Part shown: positions 1-10,071 of the stretch, one piece after another
Layout of the letters: each line of letters starts with the position of its first letter
How positions within the stretch are numbered: position 1 is the stretch's first letter
Assembly (NCBI GenBank): GCA_963745025.1
Contig: CAVUWD010000014.1
Span: 160,001 to 224,000, forward strand
DNA: 64,000 nucleotides
Source of the DNA: an uncultured delta proteobacterium
Lineage (GTDB): Bacteria > Desulfobacterota > Binatia > JACPRU01
Reading direction: 5' to 3'
Position numbers and translations under genes: made by a program
Notes under the pieces: generated by a model
What the model was told of the DNA's origin: nothing
The model's input: the letters and a program-made list of their open reading frames with translations, nothing else
Databases searched by the model: none

Positions 1-349
1 CGTTGGCGAGCTTCGGCGCGACTTCGATCGAAACGAAACCGTCGGCGCCGCCGGTGCGTTCGAAGACCGGCGCTAGCACGTCGGCGGCGTTCCTGATGTC
101 GTCGATCGCCAGCGCGTCGAAGATCTCTTCCGCGGTCTTGCCGTCGCGGGCCAGGCGATGAAGATCCGCGTCGTAGTCCGTCGAGCCGCCGATCGCCTGC
201 TCGAAGATCGTCGGGTTGGAGGTGAGGCCGGTGATGTCCCCGTCGTCCACCATCCGCTTGAGCGATCCCGAGGTCAGCTGCTGGCGCCGGATGTTGTCGT
301 GCCAGGGAGACTGGCCGAGCTGCCGGAGTCGGATCAACGGATTCGCCAT
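1..349 (-). CDS. tal: Transaldolase or Tal-Pgi fusion, N-terminal part; runs off the window
   Basis: Manual translation from ATG at 349: MANPLIRLRQLGQSPWHDNIRR...GLTSNPTIFEQAI...DGFVSIEV. TSNPTIF motif, AGGAGA RBS, directly downstream of tkt. Confidence 0.9.
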   Translation of the reverse strand, partial: MANPLIRLRQLGQSPWHDNIRRQQLTSGSLKRMVDDGDITGLTSNPTIFEQAIGGSTDYDADLHRLARDGKTAEEIFDALAIDDIRNAADVLAPVFERTGGADGFVSIEVAPKLAN

Positions 350-431
350 TGCGGTCTCCTTCCCGTCCGAGCGGAGCGATCCTCCCTGCCCGGTTACCAC
401 AGGGATCGGAGGCGGCTCAATCCGCCCCGGA

Positions 432-2480
432 TTACAGCATCCCGAGCGCTCGGGCGACGACGTGCTCCGCCGTGAAGCCGAACTCCTTCATGAGCGTCGG
501 CCCGGGAGCGGAGGCGCCGAAGCGGTCGATGCCGATCGTTTGGCCGCACTCGCCCACCCACCGGTGCCACCCGAGCGTGATTCCCGCCTCGACCGAGAGG
601 CGGCGCCTGAGCGCCGGAGGCAGCACGCTCTCGCGATAGTCTTTCGGCTGCTCCGCGAAGAGCTCCCAGCACGGCATCGACACGAGCCGTGTCTTCACCC
701 CCTTGTCGGCGAGCACCCGTTCGGCGGCGACGATGTGCTGCACCTCGGAGCCGGTGGCGATGAGCGCGATGTCGGGCGCGTCGAGCTTCGGATTCAGCAC
801 GTACGCACCGCGGCGCAGTCCCTCGGCAGGGGCGTACCGCGAGCGATCGAGCGTCGGCAGGTTCTGCCGCGTCAGGGCCAACACCGTCGGCCGATGGCGA
901 TTTTCGATCGCCACTCGCCACGCCCACGCGGTCTCGTTCGCGTCGGCCGGGCGAATGAAGACGAGATCGGGGATCGCCCGCAGCGCCATGTAGTGCTCCA
1001 CCGCCTGATGCGTCGGTCCGTCCTCGCCGAGACCGATCGAATCGTGGGTATAGACCCAAATCGCACCGAGGCGGCTGAGCGCCGACAGGCGGATCGCGGG
1101 CCGCATGTAATCGGAGAAGATGAGGAACGTCGAGCCGTAAGGGATAAGCCCCCCGTGGAGCGCCATGCCGTTCACGGCCGCGCCCATGGCGTGCTCGCGC
1201 ACGCCGAAATGGAGGTTTCGCCCCTCGTAGCCCCACGCCCCTCCGACCCGGCCTTGCGCTCCGTCGGGAGAGACCGCCGCGCTCTCGAAGTCCCCTTCGC
1301 CCTTGAGCCAGGTGAAGGTCGAGGGATCGAGATCAGCCGATCCGCCGATGAGCTCGGGGAGCGCTTTGGCGAGCGCTTGCATCACCGCTTCGGAGGCTTT
1401 TCGCGTGGCGAGACCCTTCCCGTCGGCGGGAGAACGTCGGCAGACTCCGCGTCCCAGCCCTCCGGGCAGCTCCGCGCCGAAGGTCCGGCGGAGCTCCGCG
1501 GCGAGATCCGGAAAAGCGCGGCCGTAGGCGTCGAGCCGCTGCTCCCAGCTCCGACGCGCCTTCTTCCCTTCGTCCAGGGCGCGCCGGAAATTGGCGAGCG
1601 CGGCGGCAGGAATGTGAAAGGGCGGCTCCAACGGCCAGCCGAGCTTCTGCTTGGCCGCCTTGACCTCGTCGGGGCCGAGCGGCGAGCCGTGCGCCTCGAA
1701 CGTCCCCGCCTTGTGGGGCGCGCCGTAGCCGATCTCGGTCCGCACGATCACCAGCGAGGGTCGGCGCGTCTCGCTCCGCGCGCTCTTCAAGGCGCGATCG
1801 ACGCCATCCGGATCGTTACCGTCCGCGACGTGCTCGACGTGCCAGCCGTAGGCCGCGAACCGCGCTCCCACGTCTTCGCTGAAGCACAGCGACGTCGATC
1901 CCGCGAGGCTGATGCGATTGTCGTCGTAAACGACGATCAGCTTGCCGAGCCCGAGATGCCCGGCGACCGAGCAGGCCTCGGAGGCGACGCCCTCCATCAG
2001 GTCACCGTCGCTCGCCAGCACGTAGGTGTGGTGATCGACGATCGCATGTCCCGGGCGGTTGAAGCGCGCCGCCAGGTGCGCCTCGGCGATCGCCATGCCG
2101 ACGGCATTGGAGATCCCCTGGCCGAGCGGGCCCGTCGTGGCCTCGACGCCGGGGGTCAGGTGATTCTCCGGATGCCCGGGGGTGCGGCTGCCCCATTGCC
2201 GGAATTTCTGGATGTCCTCGAGCGACAGGTCGTAGCCGGTCAGATGAAGCAGCGAGTAGAGCAGCATCGAGCCGTGTCCGGCCGAAAGCACGAAGCGGTC
2301 GCGGTCGGGCCACTTGGGATCCGAAGGGTCGTGCTTCAAGAAGCGCGTCCACAGGACGTATGCCGTCGCCGCCGCACCCATCGGCAGCCCGGGATGGCCC
2401 GAGTTGGCCGCCTGCACCGCATCCACCGAGAGAAAGCGGATCGTGTTGATCGAAAGCGAATCGAGCTCCGTTGCCGGCAT
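432..2480 (-). CDS. tkt: Transketolase
   Basis: [40 protein letters not shown] and GEDGPTHQ motifs. A short internal garbled stretch near 1430-1470 is probably compensating indels. Confidence 0.97.
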   Translation of the reverse strand: MPATELDSLSINTIRFLSVDAVQAANSGHPGLPMGAAATAYVLWTRFLKHDPSDPKWPDRDRFVLSAGHGSMLLYSLLHLTGYDLSLEDIQKFRQWGSRTPGHPENHLTPGVEATTGPLGQGISNAVGMAIAEAHLAARFNRPGHAIVDHHTYVLASDGDLMEGVASEACSVAGHLGLGKLIVVYDDNRISLAGSTSLCFSEDVGARFAAYGWHVEHVADGNDPDGVDRALKSARSETRRPSLVIVRTEIGYGAPHKAGTFEAHGSPLGPDEVKAAKQKLGWPLEPPFHIPAAALANFRRALDEGKKARRSWEQRLDAYGRAFPDLAAELRRTFGAELPGGLGRGVCRRSPADGKGLATRKASEAVMQALAKALPELIGGSADLDPSTFTWLKGEGDFESAAVSPDGAQGRVGGAWGYEGRNLHFGVREHAMGAAVNGMALHGGLIPYGSTFLIFSDYMRPAIRLSALSRLGAIWVYTHDSIGLGEDGPTHQAVEHYMALRAIPDLVFIRPADANETAWAWRVAIENRHRPTVLALTRQNLPTLDRSRYAPAEGLRRGAYVLNPKLDAPDIALIATGSEVQHIVAAERVLADKGVKTRLVSMPCWELFAEQPKDYRESVLPPALRRRLSVEAGITLGWHRWVGECGQTIGIDRFGASAPGPTLMKEFGFTAEHVVARALGML

Positions 2481-2493
2481 CGGAAGACCTCTT

Positions 2494-3183
2494 TCAGGAT
2501 ACTCGCTCGCGAACGCGGACGGCGTTTCCGTCCTGCACGAGCACTCGCTCCGCCATACCGATGAACAGGCCGGTCTCCACCACGCCGGGAATTTCCCGGA
2601 TGGCGCGATCGACCACGGCGGGGTCGTCTATACCTCCGAACCCACAGTCGAGAATGTAGTTTCCGTTGTCGCTGACGAACGGGCCCTGGGCAGCCTTGCG
2701 GAGCACCGGATTGGCACCGAGCGCCGCCAGGCGCCGCTCGCAGAGCGCGAGCCCGAACGGAACGATCTCGACCGGAAGCGGGCAGCGCACGCCGAGACGC
2801 TCGACGATCTTCTCGGCGCCGACGACGACGATCAGCCGCTGCGACGAGGCGGCAACGATCTTTTCGCGCACGAGCGCGCCGCCGAGGCCCTTGATGAGGT
2901 CGAGACGAGGATCGACCTCATCTGCGCCATCGATCGTGAGATCGAGTTCGCCGGTTTCGGCGAGCATGGTGAGGCAAAGACCCAGCCTCTCCGCGCGTCG
3001 ACGGGTCGCCTCGGAGGTCGGCACGCAGATCACCGTCAACCCTTGGCGCACCCGACCAGCCAGCGCAGTGACGAACGCCATCGCGGCTCGGCCGGTCCCA
3101 AGCCCCACCTTCATCCCATCCTCGACGTATGCGGCCGCCGCCTCTCCCAACGCCCACAGCGCGCCTTCCGCGGTCGTGCCCAT
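2494..3183 (-). CDS. rpiA: Ribose-5-phosphate isomerase A
   Basis: [35 protein letters not shown] and GVVETGLF motifs. Confidence 0.96.
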   Translation of the reverse strand: MGTTAEGALWALGEAAAAYVEDGMKVGLGTGRAAMAFVTALAGRVRQGLTVICVPTSEATRRRAERLGLCLTMLAETGELDLTIDGADEVDPRLDLIKGLGGALVREKIVAASSQRLIVVVGAEKIVERLGVRCPLPVEIVPFGLALCERRLAALGANPVLRKAAQGPFVSDNGNYILDCGFGGIDDPAVVDRAIREIPGVVETGLFIGMAERVLVQDGNAVRVRERVS

Positions 3184-3372
3184 CGCTCGAGCACGATATC
3201 AATTCGACACCACCGCTAGAAGCCCCCGCGAGTCATCGGCTCGAGCGTCGCCGAGCGTCGTTCCCGATGCCGAACGATCATGGAGGATCCGCCCACGAGA
3301 CGCATGGCTGGGTCGCAGATCGCTCCCGTTGGTCGCGCATCGGCTTCGACCGTGCCGCCTATCGAGCGAGCG

Positions 3373-4296
3373 CTACACCCCCGCCTCGGGGATCGCCTCC
3401 TCCGGCGCTTCTTCCGCACGCGGTCCCATCAAGCGGATCGCGAGGAACCCGGCCAGGCCGACGAGCAGGGCGCCGGCCAACGAGAACGTGTCGGGCACCT
3501 CGCCCCAGAAGAGCCATCCGAACAGCGCCGCGAACACGACGGAGCTGTACGTGAAGGGGCCGATATGCGCGGCCGGAGCCAAAGCGTAGGCGCGCGTGAG
3601 GAGAAGCTGACCGGAGGTCGCGAGCACGCCGACGAGGACGAGCAGCGCAAGCGTGGGGAGCGATGGGGTTCGCCAGCCCCAGAGAAGCGGCGGCGCCGAC
3701 GCGAGCGAGCAGACGGCCCCGAAGTAGAAGACGATGCGCGTGGTCGGCTCTTCGCGCGCAAGTCCGCGAATCGCGACCATCGCGGTCGCCGTGAGCACAC
3801 CGGACGCCAGCCCGACGATCGAGGCGAGGGACAAGAACCCGAGACCGGGCTTCAGGATCAGGGTGATGCCTGCAAAGCCGGCACCGATCGCCCAACCGAT
3901 GCGCCCCGGGATCGGCTCTCCGATCCAGAGCCAGGCGATGAACGGGATGAACAGCGGCGAGGAGTAGTTGAGAAGCATCGCTTCGCCGAGCGGCAGGTGC
4001 GCGATCGCGTAGAAGAAGCAGTACATCGCCGCGAGGCCCGCGAGCGCGCGTGTCACCTGTCGGCGCGGATAGGGGGTGCGCAGCGCCGCAGAGCCGCCGC
4101 GGACGAGCCACGGTATCAGCGCGACGAGACCGAAGAAGCTCCGGAAGAAGACCACCATTTGGTTTGTCGCCTGCGCCGATGCGAGCTTCACCGCGGCGCC
4201 GGCCGAGGCGAACAGGAAGGAAGAGCCGAGCAGCAGAAGGGCGGCGAGATTCCGATCTTCGCGGTCCATCGTTGGAAAAGCGCCAGACTCTGTCAT
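3373..4296 (-). CDS. DMT/EamA family transporter
   Basis: About 10 hydrophobic helices in two repeats; 'VFFRS', 'LNYSSPLF', 'PFTYSSVVFAAL.G.LFWGE'. Start may be the Met at ~4269. Confidence 0.88.
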   Translation of the reverse strand: MTESGAFPTMDREDRNLAALLLLGSSFLFASAGAAVKLASAQATNQMVVFFRSFFGLVALIPWLVRGGSAALRTPYPRRQVTRALAGLAAMYCFFYAIAHLPLGEAMLLNYSSPLFIPFIAWLWIGEPIPGRIGWAIGAGFAGITLILKPGLGFLSLASIVGLASGVLTATAMVAIRGLAREEPTTRIVFYFGAVCSLASAPPLLWGWRTPSLPTLALLVLVGVLATSGQLLLTRAYALAPAAHIGPFTYSSVVFAALFGWLFWGEVPDTFSLAGALLVGLAGFLAIRLMGPRAEEAPEEAIPEAGV

Positions 4297-4487
4297 GGGT
4301 GGATGCCTGCGGCAATCCAGGGGCGCGGAACGACACCGTGATCGACCGCTCGGATGTGCTCGAGGACGCCGATTCGGAAGTCGCGCTCACGCGCGCCAAA
4401 CGATTGCCAAGCGGACCGGATCCGGCTCAAATCCGTCCGGATGGCGCAACCAAGCCGCAACTTCGCACCGATCGTTGACGCGGCGGC

Positions 4488-5825
4488 ATGAGCCTCCGCG
4501 ACCGGCTCGATCGCCGCTTCGCGGTCTCCGCATCGGGCTCGACGCTCGGGCGCGAGACGCTCGGCGGCTTCACCACCTTTCTGTCGATGGCGTACATCGC
4601 GGTGGTGAACCCGGTGTTTCTCGCCGCCGCCGGCATCGCTCCCGAGGACGCCATCCTCGCGACGATTGCGGCCGCGGCATTCGCGACGATCCTCATGGGG
4701 CTCGCCGCCAACCTTCCCGTCGCGCTCGCGCCAGGAATGGGCCTGAACGCCTTCTTCGCCTACACGATCTGCATCCAGCACAAGGTCCCGTGGCAAACCG
4801 GGCTCGGCCTGCTGGCAATCGTGGCGATCGTGTTCTTGGGGCTGACCCTCGGCCGCATTCGCGAGATCCTCACGGAGGCGGTGCCGAAGACCCTGCGCTT
4901 CGCCTCGGCCGTCGGCATCGGTCTCTTCATCAGCGTCATCGGCCTCGAGCACAGCGGTATCGTCGTCGCGGATCGCGCCACACTGGTCACGCTCGGCGAT
5001 CTGCGCGCGCCGCCGACACTCTTGGCGCTCGCCGGTCTCGCCGTCACGCTCGCGCTGATGGCGCGTGGAGCGCGCGCCGCGGTCTTCTGGGGCATGGCGA
5101 CCACGGTCGCAATCGGTTGGGCCTCCGGCGTCGTCGACATCGGCCCGCCCTGGATGCGGCTGCCGCGCGGCCGGTTTCCGGGCCTCGAGATGGATCTTGC
5201 CGGAGCGCTCCGGCTCGATCTTCTGCCGCTCGCCGTCGTTCTCCTCTTCTTCGCGATCTTCGATGCCATGGGGACGCTCTTCGCGGTCGGCGCCGAGGCG
5301 GGTCTCCTCGACGAGCAGGGACGGTTTCCTCGCCTGGGCGTGGCGCTGATGGTCGATGCGATCGGTGCGCTCGCCGGCGCGCTCGCCGGCACGTCCTCGG
5401 TCACCTGCTACATCGAGAGCGCCACCGGCGCCGCCGTGGGCGCGCGCACGGGCCTGGCCAATCTCGTCACCGGGGGTTGCTTCCTCGCGGCGCTATTTCT
5501 CATTCCGCTCGTCGCGCAGATCGCCGCCGGGATTCGCGTCGGCGACCACGTCTTCTATCCGGTGACCGCGCCGGCGCTGATCGTGGTCGGCGTTCTGATG
5601 GCGCAGACCGTCGTGCGCATCGACTGGAGCGACCTCACGGAAGCGGCGCCAGCGTTCCTGACGCTCGCGCTGATGCCCGCGACCTTCAGCATCTCGCACG
5701 GACTGGCAGCGGGCTTCGTCAGCTACGCCGGCATGAAGCTTGCCGCCGGCCGCGCGCGCGAAGCGCACTGGCTCGTCTATGCGATCGCGCTGCTCTTCAC
5801 CTGGCGCTACCTCTTTCTGAGTTGA
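4488..5825 (+). CDS. NCS2 family (AzgA-like) purine permease
   Basis: GFTTFLSMAYIAVVNP, ANLPVALAPGMGLNAFF, YIESATG...GARTGL motifs. Confidence 0.93.
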   Translation: MSLRDRLDRRFAVSASGSTLGRETLGGFTTFLSMAYIAVVNPVFLAAAGIAPEDAILATIAAAAFATILMGLAANLPVALAPGMGLNAFFAYTICIQHKVPWQTGLGLLAIVAIVFLGLTLGRIREILTEAVPKTLRFASAVGIGLFISVIGLEHSGIVVADRATLVTLGDLRAPPTLLALAGLAVTLALMARGARAAVFWGMATTVAIGWASGVVDIGPPWMRLPRGRFPGLEMDLAGALRLDLLPLAVVLLFFAIFDAMGTLFAVGAEAGLLDEQGRFPRLGVALMVDAIGALAGALAGTSSVTCYIESATGAAVGARTGLANLVTGGCFLAALFLIPLVAQIAAGIRVGDHVFYPVTAPALIVVGVLMAQTVVRIDWSDLTEAAPAFLTLALMPATFSISHGLAAGFVSYAGMKLAAGRAREAHWLVYAIALLFTWRYLFLS

Positions 5826-5882
5826 TCGGGGCGCTCGCTCGACAGGCTGCGCCGGCCGGAGACGGTTCGCGACCAACGGGAG

Positions 5883-6128
5883 CTACCGGTTCGGGTGGAA
5901 TCTCTCGGGCAGGGTCTCGTGCTCGGCGCGACCCGGGTAGAGGGCTACGCGCGTGGTGCCGTATTCGACGCCGCACTTTCGGCACACGCGGCGGTGTGGG
6001 AGGCGCGCGGCGCGTTGATCGGCGGCATCGACGATGATGCCGCCGCCGCAGTTCCGGCAGATCTCGCGGCCGATCTGGCCGACGGGGGGCTCCTTGCCGA
6101 GAAGGCTTGCGCTCAATCGCTTGGCCAT
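5883..6128 (-). CDS. Small putative zinc-ribbon protein (81 aa)
   Basis: ATG at 6128, 7 nt after the holin-family stop. MAKRLSASLLGKEPP...CRNCGGG...CRKCG has two CxxC pairs. Confidence 0.6.
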   Translation of the reverse strand: MAKRLSASLLGKEPPVGQIGREICRNCGGGIIVDAADQRAARLPHRRVCRKCGVEYGTTRVALYPGRAEHETLPERFHPNR

Positions 6129-6135
6129 CGTCGTT

Positions 6136-6519
6136 TCAGAGCCGGCGGTACTCGACGTAGATGTGGTCGACGCGGCCACGGTCGTTGATAAACACGTTGA
6201 GAACGAAGCTCACCAGGCTGAGGACCAGCGCGCCGATCAGCGCCGAGCCGAAGCTGTCCACCGTGAAGCCCCGGACGATCGACCCGGTGAGCTCGAGCAT
6301 CACCGCGTTGATCACGAACGTGAAGAGGCCGAGGGTCAGGAGATTGATCGGCAGCGTGAGCAGCAGGAAAAAGGGGCGCACCAGCGCGTTCAGGATGCCG
6401 AGCACCAGCGCGGCCACGAGCGTGGCGACGGCGCCCTCCGCATGGATGCCGGGCACGATCTCGCTGACGACCCAGAGCGCGAACGCGTTCAATACCCAGC
6501 GCAGCGCGAGGCCCAGCAT
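6136..6519 (-). CDS. Phage holin family / YvlD-like 4-TM membrane protein
   Basis: AALVLGILNALVRP...LTLPINLLTLGLFTFVINA signature. Confidence 0.9.
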   Translation of the reverse strand: MLGLALRWVLNAFALWVVSEIVPGIHAEGAVATLVAALVLGILNALVRPFFLLLTLPINLLTLGLFTFVINAVMLELTGSIVRGFTVDSFGSALIGALVLSLVSFVLNVFINDRGRVDHIYVEYRRL

Positions 6520-6525
6520 GGACGA

Positions 6526-6750
6526 TCAGGATCCCGCTTTCGCCGATTCGAGCCGGAAGCCGACCTTGAGCACGACCTGGAACTCGGCGACCTTGCCGTT
6601 CTTGATGAACCCTCGCTGATTCACGACCTCGAACCAATCGAGGTTGCGCAACGTCTCGGACGCTTTGGCGACGGCGTTCTTCGTCGCCTCCGCGTAGCTC
6701 TTGTCGGAAATGCCGCAGAGCTCGATGATCTTGAAGGTCTTCCCTGGCAT
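6526..6750 (-). CDS. Dodecin family flavin-binding protein
   Basis: KIIEL.GIS..S..EA..NAVAKASETLRNLDWFEV...FQV.LKVGFRL, 74 aa, GAGGA RBS. Confidence 0.93.
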   Translation of the reverse strand: MPGKTFKIIELCGISDKSYAEATKNAVAKASETLRNLDWFEVVNQRGFIKNGKVAEFQVVLKVGFRLESAKAGS

Positions 6751-6880
6751 GGCTTCCTCCTCGTGGGCGGAGAGTCTAGACCAACCTGCTGGCTACCGGC
6801 TACGGCAAGGGGCGCCACGGGCTCATGCGCCCCCCTTTCAAAGTCTCACTTGTAGTGCCGGCCCGATGGGCGGGTCAATC

Positions 6881-6936
6881 GGCACGGGAATCTCGGCACG
6901 GGAATCTCGTCACGGGAATCTCGTCACGGAAATCTT
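6881..6936. repeat. Tandem repeat, 4 x 14 bp
   Basis: GGCACGGGAATCTC GGCACGGGAATCTC GTCACGGGAATCTC GTCACGGAAATCTT, read directly. Confidence 0.9.
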
Positions 6937-7035
6937 TCGTTTGACGGATGCTTCGGCTCTTTGTCAGGCCTCGCGAGCCAGATCACGATCGGTCGGCCTT
7001 GAAGTTCCCCCGCAAGGTGGCGGTGATGAAGGCCT

Positions 7036-7692
7036 TCACGCAGGCGCTTTCGCATAGGCGGAGATCAGCCATGCGGAGAGCTGGATGAGATGCGCGCGAA
7101 TGCGACGAGCGATCTCCGGATCCGCGATGCGTCCGCCGAGAATGTGCGCGTACTGCTGGCTGTCGAGGGTGAAGAGTAGCAGCGTCGAATTCAGCGTGAG
7201 GATCAGGATCTGCGCATCGACGTCGCGGATCCTCTTGCCGCTGTACTCCTTCACCCAGCCACCCAACTCCTTCCACGACGGTAAGAGAACGCCGCCCTCG
7301 GTCGTGTCGCCGAACTCCTCGTTCTCGAGGGTCCGTCGCAGCAGCAAACGCGGAATGTTCGGGTTCGCCGCGAAATGATCGAAGACGCGGCCAACCGAGG
7401 CTTCGTGCACTCCCCGCGGCGAATCGCCTCGGGCCGTCGTCGGCAGCACCGAATCGCGCGAGATCTCGATCAGCTGGTTGTAGATGTTCTGGAAAACCGC
7501 GTGGTAGAGCGTCTCCTTCGATTCCCAATGATAGTGGAGGCTCGAAATGTTGACGCCCGCCTTGGCGGCGATTTTCCGCGTCGAGGCACCCTCGAAGCCC
7601 TTGGTCGCGAACACTTCCTCCGCGGCCTCGAGGATGCGCACCTTGGTCGATGCCGGTACGTCCCGGATCCTTCGCGACGACGCCTTCGCCAT
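7036..7692 (-). CDS. TetR/AcrR family transcriptional regulator
   Basis: ILEAAEEVFATKGFEGASTRKIAAKAGVNISSLHYHWESKETLY helix-turn-helix. Confidence 0.95.
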   Translation of the reverse strand: MAKASSRRIRDVPASTKVRILEAAEEVFATKGFEGASTRKIAAKAGVNISSLHYHWESKETLYHAVFQNIYNQLIEISRDSVLPTTARGDSPRGVHEASVGRVFDHFAANPNIPRLLLRRTLENEEFGDTTEGGVLLPSWKELGGWVKEYSGKRIRDVDAQILILTLNSTLLLFTLDSQQYAHILGGRIADPEIARRIRAHLIQLSAWLISAYAKAPA

Positions 7693-7733
7693 GAGTTCCC
7701 TCCCGTTTCCCTCGAGAACAGCAAATCCTGGTT

Positions 7734-7755
7734 CGATTGATTAAATCGTTTGATT
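7734..7755. promoter_or_regulatory. Possible TetR autoregulatory operator / promoter patch
   Basis: AT-rich CGATTGATTAAATCGTTTGATT about 40 bp upstream of tetR, with overlapping dyads CGATT-N5-AATCG and AATC-N4-GATT. Confidence 0.35.
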
Positions 7756-8088
7756 GGATATGTCGGGCAGAGGCCGGCTCGTCAAGAGACCCGGCCTCGG
7801 GCTTCGGGCTCCCATCGCGCCCCGGGCGCCGATGCGGCGAGACGTCGGCGAGCGCAGCCTATGAACGTCGCCCCAGGCTATGGCGCGCTGAGAGGCGCAA
7901 CCGACGGCTCGACCCGGAGTTCCACGGTTCCCTTCTTGTACGTTGCTTGTCGGGCCCGCCAAAAGTCAATCACCCACTCCCGAACTTTCGGAACTTTCGA
8001 TTGAGGCGCGCCCCCCTCACCGTTAGGATACTCTCGTGTCCAAATCGCGGTTCGAGGGCGGACGTCCGCCGGTGCGGGAGGTTCGACG

Positions 8089-9000
8089 ATGACGCGATCG
8101 AGGGTTCTCCTTCGCCTCCTCGCGTCCTTTCTGCTCGCCGCCGCGTGCGGCGGCGGGCGCAGCGACACGGGCGTCGCTGACAGCGCCTCCGATCTCGTCT
8201 CGAACCAGCCCGCGGCCGCCAAGACCACGCGCCGTTCGAGCACGGCGCCACAGAGCGTGGTATCGACGATCCAGGGAAACGTGTCGAACCTTCAGGTCGC
8301 GCTCCACCCACCGCGGCAGCCACGCGCGGCTGCCCCGTCCCTGCTGGCTTCGCTGCGTGGTCTTCCGCCCTTCGCGTCCGTAGCCAGTGCTGGAACCGGT
8401 TTCGAGGGCATCCACGTGAGCATCGACGGAGCCGACGTCCGCGCGGAGACCGATGCCAGCGGCGTTTTCTCGGTCGTGGGCCGCTATTTTGGCCCGACGA
8501 CGCTTCGCTTCGACCGTGAGGAAGACGACCTCCATGCGCACATGCTGCTCAACGTTCCGAACGGTGGCTCACTGTTCCTGCGCGACGTGACACTCGACGA
8601 CTCGACGGGCCAAGCCAGCGCCGCAATCGAGGATCTCACGTTCGACGGTGTCGTGCTCGACAAAGAGTGCCTCCGCAAGCAGATACAGGTGGCGAGCCGA
8701 TACGCCGCCGGGGGACAGCGCTACGTCGTCGATCTCGCGGACTCGGTGGTGAGCGACGACTCCGGTGAGCCACGCCGCTGCATCCAGCTTCGAAGCGACG
8801 CCGAGGTCCTCGTGCACGGCCTGGTGCAACCGGACGGAAGCATCGGCGGCGGCAACGTGACCGTGTACGACGAGGATCGAACGGCCGAGGCCACGTCCTC
8901 GAATCCCGACGTCACGGGGTCGCCGGCGCGGACGCCCGTGTCGGCGCCACCGGCATTTCCCGATCCGCAAGCTCCGACGCCCGGGCTGCGGACGCAGTAG
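8089..9000 (+). CDS. Hypothetical lipoprotein
   Basis: Lipobox LAAAC, beta-rich middle, Pro/Ser/Thr-rich tail, GGGAGG RBS. Confidence 0.7.
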   Translation: MTRSRVLLRLLASFLLAAACGGGRSDTGVADSASDLVSNQPAAAKTTRRSSTAPQSVVSTIQGNVSNLQVALHPPRQPRAAAPSLLASLRGLPPFASVASAGTGFEGIHVSIDGADVRAETDASGVFSVVGRYFGPTTLRFDREEDDLHAHMLLNVPNGGSLFLRDVTLDDSTGQASAAIEDLTFDGVVLDKECLRKQIQVASRYAAGGQRYVVDLADSVVSDDSGEPRRCIQLRSDAEVLVHGLVQPDGSIGGGNVTVYDEDRTAEATSSNPDVTGSPARTPVSAPPAFPDPQAPTPGLRTQ

Positions 9001-9104
9001 AGAGTGGGGACGTTGTCCCCCTTGCGGCGAATCGAAATCCGCAGGCCGTTCTCGGCCCAGCCGCCTCGGTCAAATCCGGTACGGCGGCAACGTCCCCGCT
9101 CCCT
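9001..9104. repeat. REP-like long inverted repeat (family B) between convergent genes
   Basis: AGAGTGGGGACGTTGTC (9001-9017) pairs with GGCAACGTCCCCGCTCCCT (9086-9104). Arms resemble those at 32499-32592. Confidence 0.7.
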
Positions 9105-9403
9105 CAGCCCATGAATCCCACGATCCAGCCGCGCGTGAGGAAGTCACTCAATGTGAAGGTGAGCAGGAGCAGCAGCCAGACGAATCCGGCCGCGGCGAAG
9201 ACGGCGACGAGCGCGGGAGCGTAGCGCACGTGCATGAAGTAGAGAATCACGAGCGTCGCTTTGGTCGTCGCCACCGCGAGCGCGATGTAGATGCTCAACA
9301 TCCCGAACTTGTAGGTCGCGACGTCCACGGTGACGAGCGTCAGCAGAAGCAGCGTGGCGAAGATGACGGCGTAGATCTTGAACGGAACGACGTGCTCGGA
9401 CAT
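9104..9403 (-). CDS. ctaF: Cytochrome c oxidase subunit IV (caa3-type)
   Basis: MSEHVVP...KATLVILYFMHVRY; ATG at 9403 overlaps the subunit III stop. Confidence 0.88.
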   Translation of the reverse strand: MSEHVVPFKIYAVIFATLLLLTLVTVDVATYKFGMLSIYIALAVATTKATLVILYFMHVRYAPALVAVFAAAGFVWLLLLLTFTLSDFLTRGWIVGFMG

Positions 9404-10071
9404 CAGCCCCCCCGGATCAGGTAGAGCAACGGAAAGAGATAGATCCACACGATGTCGACGAAGTGCCAGTAGAGTCCGCCGAGCTCGACCGGCGTGTAAT
9501 ACTGCGAAGAGAAGTTTCCGCGCCAGGCGAGCACGGTGAGCGTGCTCAGCATGCCGATGCCGATGATCATGTGGACGGCGTGCATCCCGGTCATCGCGAA
9601 ATACAGACTGAAAAAGATCTGCGCTTCTCGGCCGTAGGGTCCCTCGAAGTGGAAGTCGCTCCCGGGCACCAGGTGGTGGAGGAACTTGTCGTGGTACTCG
9701 ACCACCTTGATGCCGAGAAAGGTCGACCCCAGCACGATCGTCAGCAGCAGGAATACGACTTGACTCCGCCGGTTGCCGAGCTGGGCCGCGCGCACGGCCA
9801 GCGCCATCGTCATGCTGCTGCCGATCAGCACGCCGGTGTTGATCGCGCCGATGATGTAGTTGAGGTGTTGGCTCGCCGCCGAGAAGGCCTGCGGATACAA
9901 GTAACGATACACCGTGTAGGCCCCGAACAGGCCCCCGAAGAACATCACCTCGGTGACCAGGAACGCCCACATGCCGAGCGTGGACGTCTCCTGTTGCTGC
10001 TCCATCGTCTCGAACTGATGCTGCTGATGCGGAGCCAGCGTGTGCGGTTCCGCCTGCGCGTGATCAGCCAA
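9403..10071 (-). CDS. ctaE: Cytochrome c oxidase subunit III
   Basis: [38 protein letters not shown] start at 10071 inferred from the GGAG RBS. Confidence 0.93.
   Translation of the reverse strand: MADHAQAEPHTLAPHQQHQFETMEQQQETSTLGMWAFLVTEVMFFGGLFGAYTVYRYLYPQAFSAASQHLNYIIGAINTGVLIGSSMTMALAVRAAQLGNRRSQVVFLLLTIVLGSTFLGIKVVEYHDKFLHHLVPGSDFHFEGPYGREAQIFFSLYFAMTGMHAVHMIIGIGMLSTLTVLAWRGNFSSQYYTPVELGGLYWHFVDIVWIYLFPLLYLIRGG

Noticed and set aside
1425-1475. Odd segment [11 protein letters not shown] in transketolase
   Set aside because: Removing three single bases restores ELPEGWDASLPTFPAD, so it is most likely compensating sequencing indels rather than a novel insertion or recoding.
6136-6519. 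Prophage signal from the 'holin' gene
   Set aside because: This family is commonly chromosomal, and no endolysin, capsid or integrase gene is nearby.
6881-6936. Possible mini-CRISPR
   Set aside because: Units abut with no spacers, are only 14 bp, and there are no cas genes.
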